A stretch of 64,000 nucleotides of DNA from Vermamoeba vermiformis (GCA_045837725.1 JBEWZL010000012.1:62001-126000), one strand, 5' to 3'. Positions 47,454-61,248 are shown, counted from the first letter of the stretch. Program-made: numbers and translations. The notes: generated from the letters alone by a model not told the origin.

Positions 47454-48810
47454 CTACTGTGCTTTATTAAGAAATAAGTCTGTCCAAAGTTCTGCAATGA
47501 GCTTTCTTTGATCTTGGATCCGGCACAATTCACGTTGCCGTGCTACGTCAAACAAGCGAAACAAGTGCCTATCCGTAATCTCAATGTCCTCCATGAGCTT
47601 ATAAGTCACTAGTTGATAAATAGAAAGCAAGATCTCTTCGGGAATGAGTTGAAACAGGCCACGTTCAGCAGGCAGTAGAATCGTTCGTAGTTGCCGGAGA
47701 ATGAGCGTCAGTTTGGTCAATCTATCCTCTTTGATATCTCTGTAGCTATTAACGGCCACTCGCAAATCAACAAATTCTATCGCGCTTGGGGCCAGATCCA
47801 CATCCAAGGTGTAATTGTCTGTTGTTGCTTTTAGAAGTCGTACAATCTTATCTAAGAATAAGCCGTGTCCGCATATCCAAATCTTCCTCAGAGACGTCTT
47901 CGTGCTGAGAAGTTTCAAGAATTTTTCAGTGACAAAACGGCGAACGTTACCAGTCAACACTCGTATGGAGGACGAGGGCTCAAACAATTGCGATATCTCC
48001 ACTAACGAGATATCTCCGCTGGGAATAAATTTCAACGACACGAGTGACCTGCTAAATGATGAGCTACGATCAAACGGGAATGCGAGGAGCATACGTAAGC
48101 GACTTGATTTTCTGCAGTATAGCGACACGTGTCACTTCGTGATTGAGATAGCGCTCGGGAATGGTAAGAGAGGTGAGATTGCCGTCTTCTGGCAAGGCAA
48201 GGACTAACTGGCTGAGACTGTCACTGCTGAGAACGTCTTCCTCTTCAATGACAAGTGATGACAAGGCATGTAATTGCTGCAAAGCCTTCGGTGCTTCAAT
48301 GTCACAGAGCGTACAAAGTCCCAACTTGAGGTGGAGATGTTTTAGGCCTTTGTTGCCCTTGAATAGCGCTGACAAGTTGGTAATTGTAACGCCCCAAAAG
48401 GTGAGTTTGACTTGTTCTAATGTGCCGATCTGTGATAGAGCTTCGAGGGTGTCTGAATACTGCTGATGCTCTGATATCGATAGTGCTGTAATGCTACGAT
48501 TGTTTTTGAAATACCGAGCGAGCTTAGCGCAAGGAGCGTCAATGGCTACGCTGCGAATTGATGAGTTGTTTTTGAGTACCTTGAGGTAGTCTAAATCGTC
48601 GTTGGCAAAATTGTGGCATTGTAGCTCGTTGACCGACTTGTTTTTTATTAATGCCTTTCGCAAGAGCTTAGTAATTTGTTTTGGCAGATCTACTGACGAA
48701 ATTTTTATAACTTTGATTTTGCATTGAGGACCGATTAATGATTCGTATATTTTCTCTATATCAATTTCCTTATTTTCTAATTTTCTGTCACTAATTTCTA
48801 TTTTTTCCAT
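47454..48810 (-). CDS. RNI-like leucine-rich-repeat protein with an F-box-like C-terminal motif (2 exons)
   Basis: LKNNSSIRSVAI, FKNNRSITALSI, LFKGNKGLKHLHL; C-terminal LFQLIPEEILLSIYQLV; a roughly 46-nt GT-AG intron joins the two ORFs. Confidence 0.65.
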
Positions 48811-49003
48811 GTTTGCGAATAAGATTTCATAATAAACCTTGTCACATTACTCAATCTAACGGAGTGGCACTGTGCTAGCAAGTGTATGTTGCATTTAGCA
48901 CAACAAAAATAACACCAATGTGTGGTTGTTGATTCAATAAACGGTAAATTGAAATTGAACTCGTGTCTATTTACAAGTTAACAACTATGTAACAAGAATG
49001 CAT

Positions 49004-50279
49004 TTACATGGCTTGAGAGAGCTCTTGGAGCTTGTTCTCATCGAGCTCTGAAGTCTGCGACTCGTTCTGCGTCAATGTAATCTCAACGCTCTCCTTGACA
49101 GCCACGCTCTGACTGTCCTTATCCTCTGCGTTGACACTAATCTCTACACTCTCTTTGATGCCAATGACTTCACCAGGGGCCACGAGTTCATCGTCGTCAT
49201 CGGCACTGATCAAGTCCTCTAGTGCTTGTTGGATCTCGCTCTCTTCCTCGTCATTCTCTTTGCTGGCAGCAGCATTCTCATCGTTCTCATCTTCATCTTC
49301 ATCGTCGCTATCACTTCCGAGCCACTTGTCAGCAATGTCATTGTCAATGTCGTGATCATCTTCACTCAACTCATCCACGCCCAAGTACTGCTTGATGATA
49401 GTTTCTGTTGGACCCAATTTTGTTAACAACAATCATTTTTAATGACGCATGAATGCACTCACCAGCCTCAGCGCGCTCTTGGTCGTTTCGCAGTGTTTGA
49501 GCCCAGAATCGCACGCAACTTTCTGTTTAAAGATAGTAAGAACCATTGCAATTCATTAGGACGCTGCACGAACCTTTGCAATTGAATAACATTTGAGACT
49601 CGAAAATTTCTTTGAGCACAAACTTGATGAAGGGCAGTTTGTAGTGTTCATAGCCCAATTCTCCAAGCGACTTTAATATGCGTGTAATACGAAGGTAGTT
49701 GTGGAATGAAGAGTTTAAATGATTGAAACGGCTCTTGTAGTTCTCAGCACGCTCCAATTCGCCTTTAAAACGTTTAGAAAAAAAAATCAGATCCGATCCA
49801 AGTACCTGTCTCGGTGTTTACGAGCTTAATGCCATAAAAGCTTAACATCATTTCGTAAGAACGTCGTACACGTGCCAAGCACTTCTTATCGGCGCGAATT
49901 GCTTTTGCTTCATGGAGTTGCAGAACTTGCGCCATAGCGTTGACACCTTCTTCTCGGATGGGAAAAATCCACTGGATGTAGGCATGGTGGCGCTCTAATA
50001 GACTATAGTTTCCGAACCATTTTTCGTGGATAGTATCGATAAAGTCACCTGTATTTTGAAGAAATTAAGATAATTAATTTTGGCGGTTAAATAATCCAAA
50101 TAATTTTCAGTTATTATTCTACTAGTATGACTAGTAAAGACTAAGTACTTACCGTCAGGCACTGATTTAATTTCGTTTTTATAAAATCTAATGTTGGAGG
50201 TCAAGTTCGGGTCGTCTTTCAAATCTGGGTAACCAAGGCGGTACCGCTCGGTATCGTCGCGAGAATTTGTAATACCCAT
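49004..50279 (-). CDS. OGFr_N domain protein with acidic tail
   Basis: NIRFYKNEI, LERHHAYIQWIFPIRE, MLSFYGIKL, RFNHLN..FHNYLRITRILKSLGELG. Confidence 0.9.
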
Positions 50280-50448
50280 AGTAGTGATATGAAACTTGTG
50301 GTAGTTAGTTAAACAGAAGGAATTAAATTGCCGGTCATGCTGTCTCAGTCTTTTTTCGTTCTTGAAATTTCCGCTATTTTTTTCTAACAGGCACGAACCA
50401 ATACCACTTATTCCGCAAATAAAATACTAAGTTTATTAAAGGGCATTA

Positions 50449-52892
50449 TTACATCTTAGACAACAAGAACTCGATGGCCTGTTCAAGTGAGCCGTAGTTC
50501 GTGGCCCAAAGAGCTTCATTGGCCTGTTGTTCTGAATAGCCCATCAACAACAACTGTTCGCGCATCTCTTGCTCGCGAGGGTTCTTAGGTCCTGCAGCTG
50601 CGTTGTTGTTGTTCGGGGCAGTATTCGCGGCAGCGTTCGTGTTCGCAGTGCTCGTGCTGCCACTGCTGCCGAGCTGCTTGTTGATCCACTGCTCGATGGC
50701 TGGTCGCACGTCGCGGTCAAACAACTTGCCACGCTCTTTGATGCCGTAAATGACCTTCTCATACACGTCTTGAGGCAAGTTGAAGAGAATGTAGAGCAAC
50801 AAGTGGAAGTCGGTGAGTGAATCGAAGAATGCAGTGCCGTGCTGGCCTTCGAGTTGTTTCTGCAAGTCACGTGCTGATTGCGGACGGTGCGCTCTGTTCT
50901 CGATGGGGAAACTGAACTTCTGGAAGCGAGGACGAGGATCTTTGGGGAAACTGTGGCGCACGCTAATGACGAAGAAATCAGTCGGGAAGTTGGGCTCGGC
51001 TTTGGTCTGCACGTTGAATCCATATTCATTCTTGCGGCGGTAGTAAATGTCGGGGAATAACGTTTGCTCGGTGGATTTTCTGACGCGGAAGAATTCAGGG
51101 TCCTTTGAGGCCTTGATGACTCCATCGCGCACGAGACCAGCGCATTGATTGCTGACTTGATAGGCTGCAACGTCAATGTGACCTTCTTTGTTGCCGTGAA
51201 CTAACACTGACACAAACTTCGAGCCAAAATAGCCAGTTGTGGATTTCTTGAAGGGCGATGGGTAGCGGTTCTGCAATTGAGCCATGCGCATCATTTCAAT
51301 CGACTTGAGCACGTAGACGTTCTCGTCGCGATCAGGAACAATTTGTTTCTTCTCGTCAACTTTCAATGAACTCCAAATGAAACCAATCTGATCAACGTTA
51401 GTATATACTAGTATTCTATAAGATTGGTTTGGTACGTACTCTTTGCATGCCAAGGCTCTTAGCGAATTCATTGACCTTCTCTTCATTGGGGTCTTTCAAC
51501 AAAGCAACAGATTCACGATTGCTCTTTTGAGGTGGCTCGTAAATAGCTGCAACGAGTGCTCTGATGCCGAGAGGAATGGTCGGATCTGGCACATACGAAC
51601 CGTACAAATATCCACAGCGTTGATTGCCAGTCTCTCGCCAGTACTGAGAAGGCAGTCAGTAACAAAAATAAACTCCCAATTAACGATGTGGTGGTACATA
51701 CTTGAATGAACTGTTCGACCATGGAGCTGTGTTCAAACTCAATGTGATCCACGTGACGATAAGGCTGACTGTCCAATGACACTGTGCGGCTTTCTTTTGA
51801 AGTGTAAGCGATGCCTGAGCTGACGTCTATGCTGTACTTGGGCACATCGAGCGTGTATTGAGGATTGCTAAAGGCGACAAGTTAACGCTACTGTGCCTTT
51901 CGAGTATTTTATTAGCACTTACTTGTAATGTTTGTGCTTGAAGAAGGAGTGGAATGGCAAGAACTTGATGCCTTGCGACTTCCACGGCTCTTTGTTCAAA
52001 ATGTCCCACGGCTGCACGGTTAGTTAGTACATATCGTTAGTCTATAAAGGCTACACATACAGCAATAGGCATACAGTTGATACACGAGCCCTTGTCACCG
52101 TGATTGCAGCTAATGATAGGATTAGAATTGAATCAAACAAACATGTGAACTACGTACTGAGGGCCTTTCTTCTGCGGGGTCCAGCCATCAGTCTTGGCCA
52201 GCTCTTGGTCAATCTGATCCTCAACGACAGCTTTAGGCGCTACTTCGGGTATTTTAGGCTTGGGCGCCTCTTTGACGGGCACGACTTTGTTGCCGTTGAC
52301 TGATTGCGCGTGCGTCACTTTCTCTTTTTCTTCTTCCATTGGTGCTGGTGCGCTAGGTGCGTCTTGAATAGCAGCTGATACTACGTGCACCATATCACCG
52401 TTCATTACATTGAGACTCTTCAAAGTGCTTGCATCATTGGAAAGATCTGTGACTTTTGGTCCTAAGCGGATCGAGAGCTTCATATCATTTGTGGGTACGG
52501 ACAAGAGTTGACTGATCTGAATTATAATGGTACAAATTAATTAGAGGCTTGTAGTAATTTACTAAACATTATTGGAAATTATCAAAATTGTTGTCACCAC
52601 CTGAAAAATTTTTCAAATAATTATGGTTGTAGTTTAATTATCATATATGTGATATATAGTGATTATATCAATTATTTTGAAGCATACCTTCGATTTTAAT
52701 TGAGCAATAGTCGAATTTTCATCGATCTCTAGTCTTTGTACTCCTTGTCTTGAACTAACTCTAATTATCTGCGCCACATAATAAATAAAATTAATACGTA
52801 AATTATTTATTCGCTATTATTCAATAAAGTTAAATTTCTGCAAGCTGAAGAGAAATCTGAACTTCGCTTTGAGTATTAACGCTGCTTACCAT
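50449..52892 (-). CDS. NPL4: NPL4 (Cdc48/p97 cofactor) with C-terminal UBA domain
   Basis: MIIRVSSRQG UBL; EDQIDQELAKTDGW; CNHGDKGSCINC; YRHVDHIEF; VAAIYEPPQ; GSKFVSV; FPIENR; DFHLLLY; terminal LLLMGYSEQQANEALWATNYGSLEQAIEFL. Confidence 0.93.
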
Positions 52893-53368
52893 TATGATCG
52901 ATTAAATATATACAAATGAGCGAGTCAAGTGGTCTCCTTATAAAAAGTAAATTTTAAAATTCCATTCTTCGAGTGTCGGTCATTGGAGCAAAAAAACCAA
53001 ACACGTGACCACTTCTTAGTGACGTATGCAAAGTGATTGGACCCCATTGAGCATTGACATTCTATAAAGCAGTGGGAAACAAGTTTCCTCATAACAAAAC
53101 AGCGTAAGGCTTCCCACTTTGTGGATCGAATCTAGAATCTTCGATCTCGCCCGTCGAACGCTTCACCCCAGATTCAACATTATGCACTTACATTGACCTG
53201 ACCTTAAGCATTCGGGAACATTTCGGCGGATCCCAACGCCCGCTCGCTGGCCGGGCCAAAAATAGATAAAAAATCTGCGGCGTGCTACCATTTTTATTTT
53301 TGTTTAAGCTGGCGACCACACTACCCAAGTTCTTATTATACATTTGCCTAGTATATATCCTTATCGTC

Positions 53369-56088
53369 ATGACCGCCAGACAGTTGCAAGAAGAGAATCG
53401 CACCTTGTTGCGTGAAAACAACGAGCTGCGTGCTGAACTTCGTGATATCAAGGGCTATGTCGACTTGTTGGAGGTATAATTAATTACTACGGTCTATATA
53501 CTTCCTTTTCGCCTTTTCTCCGGCTCGCGTGCTTTGCAACGGAGCGGATTAAAGCTTCTAAGACGGGTTCCACCACCGCGCCGTCTTTCAAATTTCAGAC
53601 CCTCGTTTGATAGTGAAAATAGTTACCAATTAATTATATTTACTGATTTTAATGACAAATTAGAGCACCTTGAACGAAGAAGGTCACGAATCTAGAGTGA
53701 AAATCATGGACGAAAAGAAGGACTCTGAAACTGCTCCAGTTGACCCCGAGAAGGCTTTAACTATCGTAGTTTTTGGTGCTTCTGGTAAGTATCAAGTCTA
53801 ATACCATATCAGGCGAATTTATTACTAAAAGTTTTGCTACTATTTCAAATCTGTAATTACAATTGCAAATTAATATTTATTGGGTTCTTACGACACTTAA
53901 TAACACGGATTAGCTCCATCTATATTTATAAATGCTATTTTCGGTAGCAGTATTGAATTCGAGCTCGATTATTCTCGAATTTACTTTGCTTCTAGAACAT
54001 GCCGCTATTTGCGTAATATCTTCTAATCAATTGTGTTAGGTGATTTGGCTAAGAAGAAAACTTTCCCTGCTCTCTTTGCATTGTTCAAGCGCGACCTTTT
54101 GCCCAAAGACGTTTTGATCTGGGGATACGCTCGATCGAAGTTGTCGAACGAAGATTTCATTTCTAAATGCGTCAATGCCACGTAAGTGTTTAATCATATA
54201 TTGCAACGATCAAGCTCCGGATAAATATTTGTTTCAATTGCTCAATCTCGCGTCTGCAGGATCAAGAACGGCGGTGACAAGCTCGCTGAATTCAATAAGC
54301 GCTGCCACTACTTCTCTGGTCAATACGACTCAGCTGATGCATTCAAAGATTTCAACAAACACTTGCTCGAAGCTGAGAAGTTCAAATCTAAGGGTGCCAA
54401 CAGAGTTTTCTATATGGCTTTGCCTCCTAGCGTCTTTGTCGAGACCGCTGCTGAAATTAAAGCTCAATGCAAGACTACGAGTGGTTGGAACCGCGTCATT
54501 GTCGAGAAACCTTTCGGCAAGGACACTGAAAGCAGCGCTCAATTGAACAAAGCTCTTGGTGCCCTGTTCAACGAAGGTACGTAGTAATTTAATTATATCC
54601 ATAATTATCCTTAATATTTTCATAATATGCGCGTACTTACTTATGGCCAATATTCATTAAATTGACAGAAAAGCAAAAATTTTCAAAAATAATTCTGCTC
54701 GCTATTATATTAACTTGGAACGCATCGTACTGATTATAATATTATTAATATAGATGAGATCTTCCGTATCGATCACTACTTGGGCAAAGAAATGGTGCAG
54801 AACTTGATGGTGCTCCGCTTTGCCAACACGGTCTTCGAGCCCCTTTGGAACCACCAACACATCGCCAATGTGCGCATTACTTTCAAAGAGCCCTTCGGCA
54901 CTGAGGGTCGTGGCGGCTACTTCGACGAGTTCGGTATTATTCGCGATGTGATGCAGAACCACTTGATCCAAATCATGTCCCTCGTGGCCATGGAGCCGCC
55001 AGTCTCGCTGTTGGCTGAAGACATTCGCGACGAGAAGGTCAAAGTGTTGCGCGCAGTGCCGCCCTTGGACTTGAAGAACATCGTCGTCGGTCAATACACG
55101 CGTGAGGGCAACAACCCTGGCTACCTCGAGGACGAAGGTGTGCCGCCCAACAGCACGTGCCCGACCTTCGCGACTGCTGTGCTGACGGTCAACAACCAGC
55201 GCTGGTGTGGCGTGCCGTTCATTCTCAAGTGCGGCAAGGCTCTCAATGAACGCAAGGCTGAGATCCGCATTCAATTCAAGAACAACAGCAACTTCTTGTT
55301 CCCTGGTACGTAGTAGTCTATTATATATATCACACCATCGCGCGTATTATGCGCATCAAATTGGTCTCCAACAGAAATTGAATTCATTGTTTTTTCAAAT
55401 CCATTTTTATTGCCATGCTCACACTGCGCATTGACGTGTGAGGGTTGCGATACGAATGGTCTATATATGTATGTATGTGTATCCCCTAGTATATATGTAT
55501 ATGTGTATCTGTTCTGTCTAGCCCCATATTGTCCATGTAGCCTGTGCCTCGAGCTGGTGATCGTTGTTCGCTGATACTTTGTTGTTCATCTTCAAGCCTC
55601 CTCAGGTGCTGCACCCAACGAGCTCGTCATGCGTCTGCAGCCCAACGAAGCGATTTACATGAAGATGATGATGAAGACGCCTGGTCTCTCCTCCGAACTC
55701 GTGCAGAGCGAGTTGGATCTGTCCTACTTCACTCGCTTCCAAAAGGAAGTTGAAGGTGGTCTGCCCGATGCCTACGAGCGCTTGATTCTCGATGTTGTGC
55801 GAGGTACGTGCTGTCCTCTGTTTGACACGTGTCACATTCATCCCCGCCATGTCACGTGATTCTAATCCCCCTTGCACAGGTGACCACAACTTGTTCGTGC
55901 GTGTCGATGAGTTGCAAGCTGCTTGGCGCATCTTCACACCCGTCTTGCATCAGTTGGAAGGCGAAAAGATTAAACCCAAAGAATACCCGTTTGGCTCCCG
56001 CGGACCCCCCGAGGCCGACGACTTGGCAGTCAGAAACGGCTTTGTGCGCAGCGAAGGATACAGCTGGCCTGGTAACAAGAAACAATAA
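53369..56088 (+). CDS. G6PD: Glucose-6-phosphate dehydrogenase
   Basis: [69 protein letters not shown]. Confidence 0.98.
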
Positions 56089-56606
56089 TTTATCTATTGT
56101 TCATTGTCACTGACACTCTCGCGCCCACTCACTTATTCTTATATTATATAATATACCTCTACCAATTGTTAATCGATCTGTCGTTATTATTTTTTCGTTT
56201 TATTAATAAATGACAAATTGATCAATGTGGATCCAGCTACAAAACAGAGAAACAAGCGGAGAATAGACTTTATTTGAATCGATAAATACTAGTCATTCTT
56301 GACCTTGTAGTCTCAATTAATACGAGAGTGAACATCTATGTATTCCCTATTAATAATACTGAAGAATAGACGCTGATTGCTATTCATTTCAAACAGCCAT
56401 CAAAAGTCGCCTGTAGTCGCCTCTTTGTCGGTAATAAACACTTGCGCGTTATTTTGTGTAAATTATTGTCTTTTTCGAAAGAATTAAGGTTGTCTTCCAA
56501 TTCTATTCTTTTCGTGTCTTTTCAATTCTTTCGCAACAAAACGCAAAAAAAAAAATCGTTATTGATTAATTCAAACAAGAACAACACAAACCAAACATAA
56601 AGCGTC

Positions 56607-57041
56607 ATGTCAGCAGCTAAAATCGTTAAAGAAATTGAAGCCCGGGCTGGAGCAAAATCAACTAGTAAGCAATTGCAAAAGTGCAACGCACTGTTGAATT
56701 CTTTGAAAGAATTACATTTGAAACTGACGAATTAATGTGCAGGTAAATGCGCCCAAGTAGTTCGCGAGGCTATTGAGGCAGCTACTGGCGTGGCACTTGT
56801 CCGCCAAGAGAGTGCCAAAGACTACGGCCGCAGTTTGATTAAAGCAGGTTTCAAAGTGGTCACAGATGCTCCCAAGGCCGGTGATGTCGCTATATACGGC
56901 GCGATTGATAAACATCCGGACGGTCACATGCAAGTCTACACAGGCTCCAAGTGGTTGTCTGACTTTGTTCAAACGGACCAATATCCCGGACCTAACTACA
57001 GAAATGCCAAGGCTAAATACACTTTGTATCGACTCGGATAA
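56607..57041 (+). CDS. NlpC/P60-CHAP-fold peptidoglycan amidase of Tae3 (type VI amidase effector) type; 118 aa, one intron
   Basis: Exon 56607-56664 plus exon 56743-57041 give MSAAKIVKEIEARAGAKSTSKCAQVVREAIEAATGVALVRQESAKDYGRSLIKAGF...KAGDVAIY...HPDGHMQVYTGSKWLSDFVQ..YPGPNYR..YTLYR; Cys22/His81 dyad. Confidence 0.8.
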
Positions 57042-57332
57042 ACGTCATTACACTAATGTATGCTATCAATATGTTTGCTTTGCTGTTTCAACAACCGCGT
57101 GAAATTGTTTGGTCAACCAATTTGTGCGAACTGAAACCATGCAATCTCATGTCGTTCTTCCATTCCAGGCGAGTTTTAATGATTACAGGGTACAGGGAAC
57201 GAGTTACCGCAAAACAGTTGATACAGTCTAGACTGCCAATCATGTCATTCGATTAGCGCAGTATTGACAGCTGCAAATATCGCATCTTGCAGACTCGTTG
57301 CGGCCTCCATATAAGCGTATTATAACTATGAT

Positions 57333-58807
57333 TTACTTGGCATCAGAAGCAGGTTTGGCCTGCTGCAAACTCCAACTGTACAAAACTACGCCACTGACAG
57401 CGATGGCACTCGAGACTAAATTGCCCATAGTGACGGGGTTCTGGAAGTACAATATACTCGAGTAAATGATGAACAGGCGCTTGAAGCTGTTGGACACGCC
57501 GTGACTGATGGGACTCATCTCGTTGAGTGCCAAGAACGAGAACACGTTGTAGAGGTAGTGCGATATTGAGGCCTCAAGTGGACCAGGTTAGCAATGTGAT
57601 TGTGACATTAGAACGACATACCTTAAACAATAGTGAGGCCGCGTCAGAAGTAGGTGTGAACGAGGCAATGAATGGCTCGTAGCCGTACTGATAGAGCTCA
57701 ATGGAGAGCAGTGGTATTGTGGCCACAGCGGAGAAGAATGAAATGTACCAGAACACGTTCTGATTGTCTAATTTGCTCTCTAACAACAGCTACGATAATA
57801 ATAACTATTAGTATCAATCATAAGAAAACTATTATAGTAGAAATTATAGAAGAAAGTGCTCGCTTTGCACGGAAAATTTTTCCGTCAAAATTTGTTGGAA
57901 TATTAAAAGGCTGTATATACCTTCTTTGAGAAAATAGTACGCGAAGAGAACACGAGGTTAGAGGCCATGGCAGTGGTGAAGGCGTAGAGACTGAAGTTGA
58001 ATTCAGTGCTGCACGAGAGACCAATGCCAAACACGATGATGAGCAGCGACACAATGGTGATGGTTTTCAATCGCTCTTTTAAGATAATCACTGCTAGGAC
58101 GGCTGAGGTCAATGGTTCAGCTGCCTATTCAATATGATCATATTAGGGCTCAATTCAAGTGGCGAAAGTAAGTCCCACGAACGGATCCAAATTGAGAAAA
58201 AATAATTTGAATTCAAACAGAGATACTAGTATTATCATAAATAAATTAATATGTACCTTGACAGTATGCATGAATGATGCAGATGCAGCTGAAGTGCTCA
58301 TGTTCGTCAATAAAGTGCCGATCTCGTGTACGGATGTGAGCACGGCGAGAAATTTGAATTCCTTAAGCGTAGATATAAACTGCCACTGCTTGAGCATATT
58401 GAGCGCTAAAAATCCAGCCACTGCACCCGTCAGACTTTGTGCAAACTGTATTGAAAAAATAAAATCATGTCAGAGCTGTTTTAGAAGCAGATCCACGATG
58501 GAAAAATTGCATCCAAGTAGTATAGTAAATTATTGTAAGATTACAGCAAGATTTTATCGTTGAAGAATTGGAGTAGATCCATCAAAATTAATTCGCAATT
58601 TCAAAAAGGTACCAATGAGTTTCATAAGCAATACACTAATTCAAAAATATTCGTATTAATATTTAGCGTACGTACAGTTAAAAATATTGGCATGGAGTAG
58701 ATGTCCAAGTAAGCTTTGTTATAAATGCCAGCAGTGACGCTGAATATCCACCAAGCAAATAATATGCCCGCTACTTTGACGGTCTTTTGTAATTTTCTAT
58801 TCGCCAT
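57333..58807 (-). CDS. Triose-phosphate/nucleotide-sugar transporter family protein (SLC35E-like)
   Basis: WWIFSVTAGIYNK, SFMHTVKAAEP, MASNLVFSSRTIFSKK, LNEMSPISHGVSNSFKR. Confidence 0.9.
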
Positions 58808-59455
58808 TGCGTTGCGATTGCAAAATCAAAATGTAGATCTGGCTCCTGACGTCAGATCGGGCACTTGAGGTTCGAGGTTATAAATAAGTATCTACGATGC
58901 GACGTAGTCGCTAGTTCATTTGTAATTGCAAATAAACTCGACAATTTTCCAATACCAAATTTGAAGCAACCAGATTTCACTGAATTAACCTATGCGAGTT
59001 CAGCGAGGTTCTCGTCTAGTAAAGATGAAGACAATGGTGTAATTTCCATTATACGGTGAGCTTGTAACGAGCCAGTTTGTAAAGTCTAGGCGAGCAAGTG
59101 GATTCGGAAAAAACCCGTTAGAGTAACAATGGTTCACTTCAAACAATAGGGTATGGCAGTCATCTCTGTTGGTAGATCTTACTAATTTTCATATACTTAT
59201 GGTGCTCCGATCGCGCGAGGGTGAGCAAGCAACGATTTGAAACGGCAAGGCATTCTTTTTATCTTACCCTTCAACACCCCACAACCGGTCAAAAGTACCC
59301 TCGTATGCAACCCACGTTTTAGTAGTATTTATAAGAAGGCGTTTCCAGTGCATATTTCTCCCCCCCCCTATCACCCATCTCAACCAACTCCACCTCTGCT
59401 TTTATTTGTTTATTCATAACACCAAACCCATCACTAATCACTCGTATTATCAACA

Positions 59456-61248
59456 ATGAGGTATGGAATAATATTAATTTTGCTTTTAATTTTTCATTTT
59501 TTCTCAAATCCAGATGTCGTCAGCTTATTTTATTCAACCGCTGATTCTTAATGATATTTTTAATATAGTATGAATACAATGGATAAAACCATCAAGCCCT
59601 CACGCACCCTATTTATTTCCGAGCTTCCTGCTGGTATGCAAGAAGCGGATCTGTTCGCTTTATTCCAAAAATGCGAAGGATTTACTACTGCTAGAGTTCG
59701 CACCGATCGAAACAATAGGTATGTAATTAAATATGCATATTTCGTAACTTTTCACGGCAACGCTGTTTTAATCTGATCGGGGCGGGTTTCAAAAAATACC
59801 AACAAGAAATTTCTTTGCACAAGCATTTACAATACATTTTTCTTAATTGGACGCATGCAATTAATGCTATGAGTTTGCTTTTTAATATGACTGGTCAAAA
59901 ACTAAGTCTTTATGCAATAGATTGGTTGGATTTGTCGACTTTGAGTCTGCTGAAGTAGCTGTAGAGGCCAAAGAGAAATACAACGGCTATCATGTCTCGC
60001 CCGATGATGAACGAAGCATATTAAGTATCCTTATTCAACTTTTCTCTGATATTTTTTTTCGATCCGCTCACACAATCAATCGCACAGCCCATTAAATTAT
60101 TCCTTAATTCCATATTTAGCCATCCAATTCGCCCACAATAGTACCCGTCCTAAGAAGGCTACGGACTCCCCTATCGAGCACAGATCCGGTACGTTATTCT
60201 TACGGTGTAATTGAAAACTCATTTTGCAAAGCTGAAAAAATATAGAATTGCAAAGAGATTATGCCTCTCAGATAGAGACTAATAAATATGACTATAGACG
60301 AGCATCAATCAGTGTTAGCTGCTCCCCGCAATCCCATCAACAACGCCGTCACGCCAGCCATGCTGAACAACTCTAACGCGACCCCTGCTGTTAACGGCAA
60401 TGTTGCTAAACCCCCTAGAAATACTTCTTATAAGTACGTATTATATGACATTTAGAGCTCCATGTTTGACGCATAAATTGTTGGATCTGATTGATCCGAT
60501 CGATTTTTGAAGATTTTAAGACCCTTCAAGTGCGTGCTATTAACATGTGATTCATTGCAGAGACAACGTGCCCAAGAACTTCGACGCGCACCCACTCGCC
60601 ACGTGGAACCAGTACAATCAGAACTTGCCTTCTGAGGCCTCGTCCACGCTCTACGTCGAAGGCTTGCCCATTGACGCTACTGAACGCGAGATGTCGCACA
60701 TTTTCAGACCATTTCCTGGCTTCCAATCACTGCGCATCATTTCCAAGACAATGCGCGGCAAAGTGTTCAATCTCTGTTTCGTCGAGTTTGACAACAAGGC
60801 GCAGGCCACTTCTGCGATGAACATTTTGCAGGGCTATCGCATGGACATCAACGACGTGCGCGGTCTCAAAATGAGCTACGCCAAGACTGAACGCCGCGAC
60901 CGACGCGTCACTTCACCACGCGCTCAAGGTGTCAACATGTCACCTATCCCCATGATGTCCCCCGATGGCAGTCACGTGACTGCTGTTGGTGTGCCTGTCG
61001 CTGCACAGGGCCCACCCACGGGCCTCGCTGCTCCGAACGGTATGAGTGTGCCGGGTCACGCACTGCCCGCGATGAATGTCGCCCCGCAGCCGCAACACCA
61101 CCCGCACCATCATCCCGTCACCGTGGCTGCTCAGCCCGGCAATCCTCCTCCTTACGTCCCTCACCCTGCTGCTGCTGGCTTGCCGCCCAACCACATGGCG
61201 TTGCATCACCAACGAAATTTCAAACTCCCGCCACAGCCGAGAAAATAA
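59456..61248 (+). CDS. Two-RRM RNA-binding protein (NSR/RBPMS-like)
   Basis: SRTLFISELP, VGFVDF, SSTLYVEGLPIDATEREMSHIFRPFPGF, LCFVEF, LQGYRMD; P/H-rich tail. Confidence 0.88.

Noticed and set aside
48040-48130. Apparent frameshift between two LRR ORFs
   Set aside because: A roughly 46-nt intron (GTATGC...TTAGCAG on the minus strand) joins them in frame.
55460-55510. TA/TATG microsatellite-like tract in a G6PD intron
   Set aside because: Short, imperfect and ordinary.
56607-57041. Amidase as bacterial contamination
   Set aside because: It has a canonical spliceosomal intron and AT-rich flanks contiguous with eukaryotic genes.
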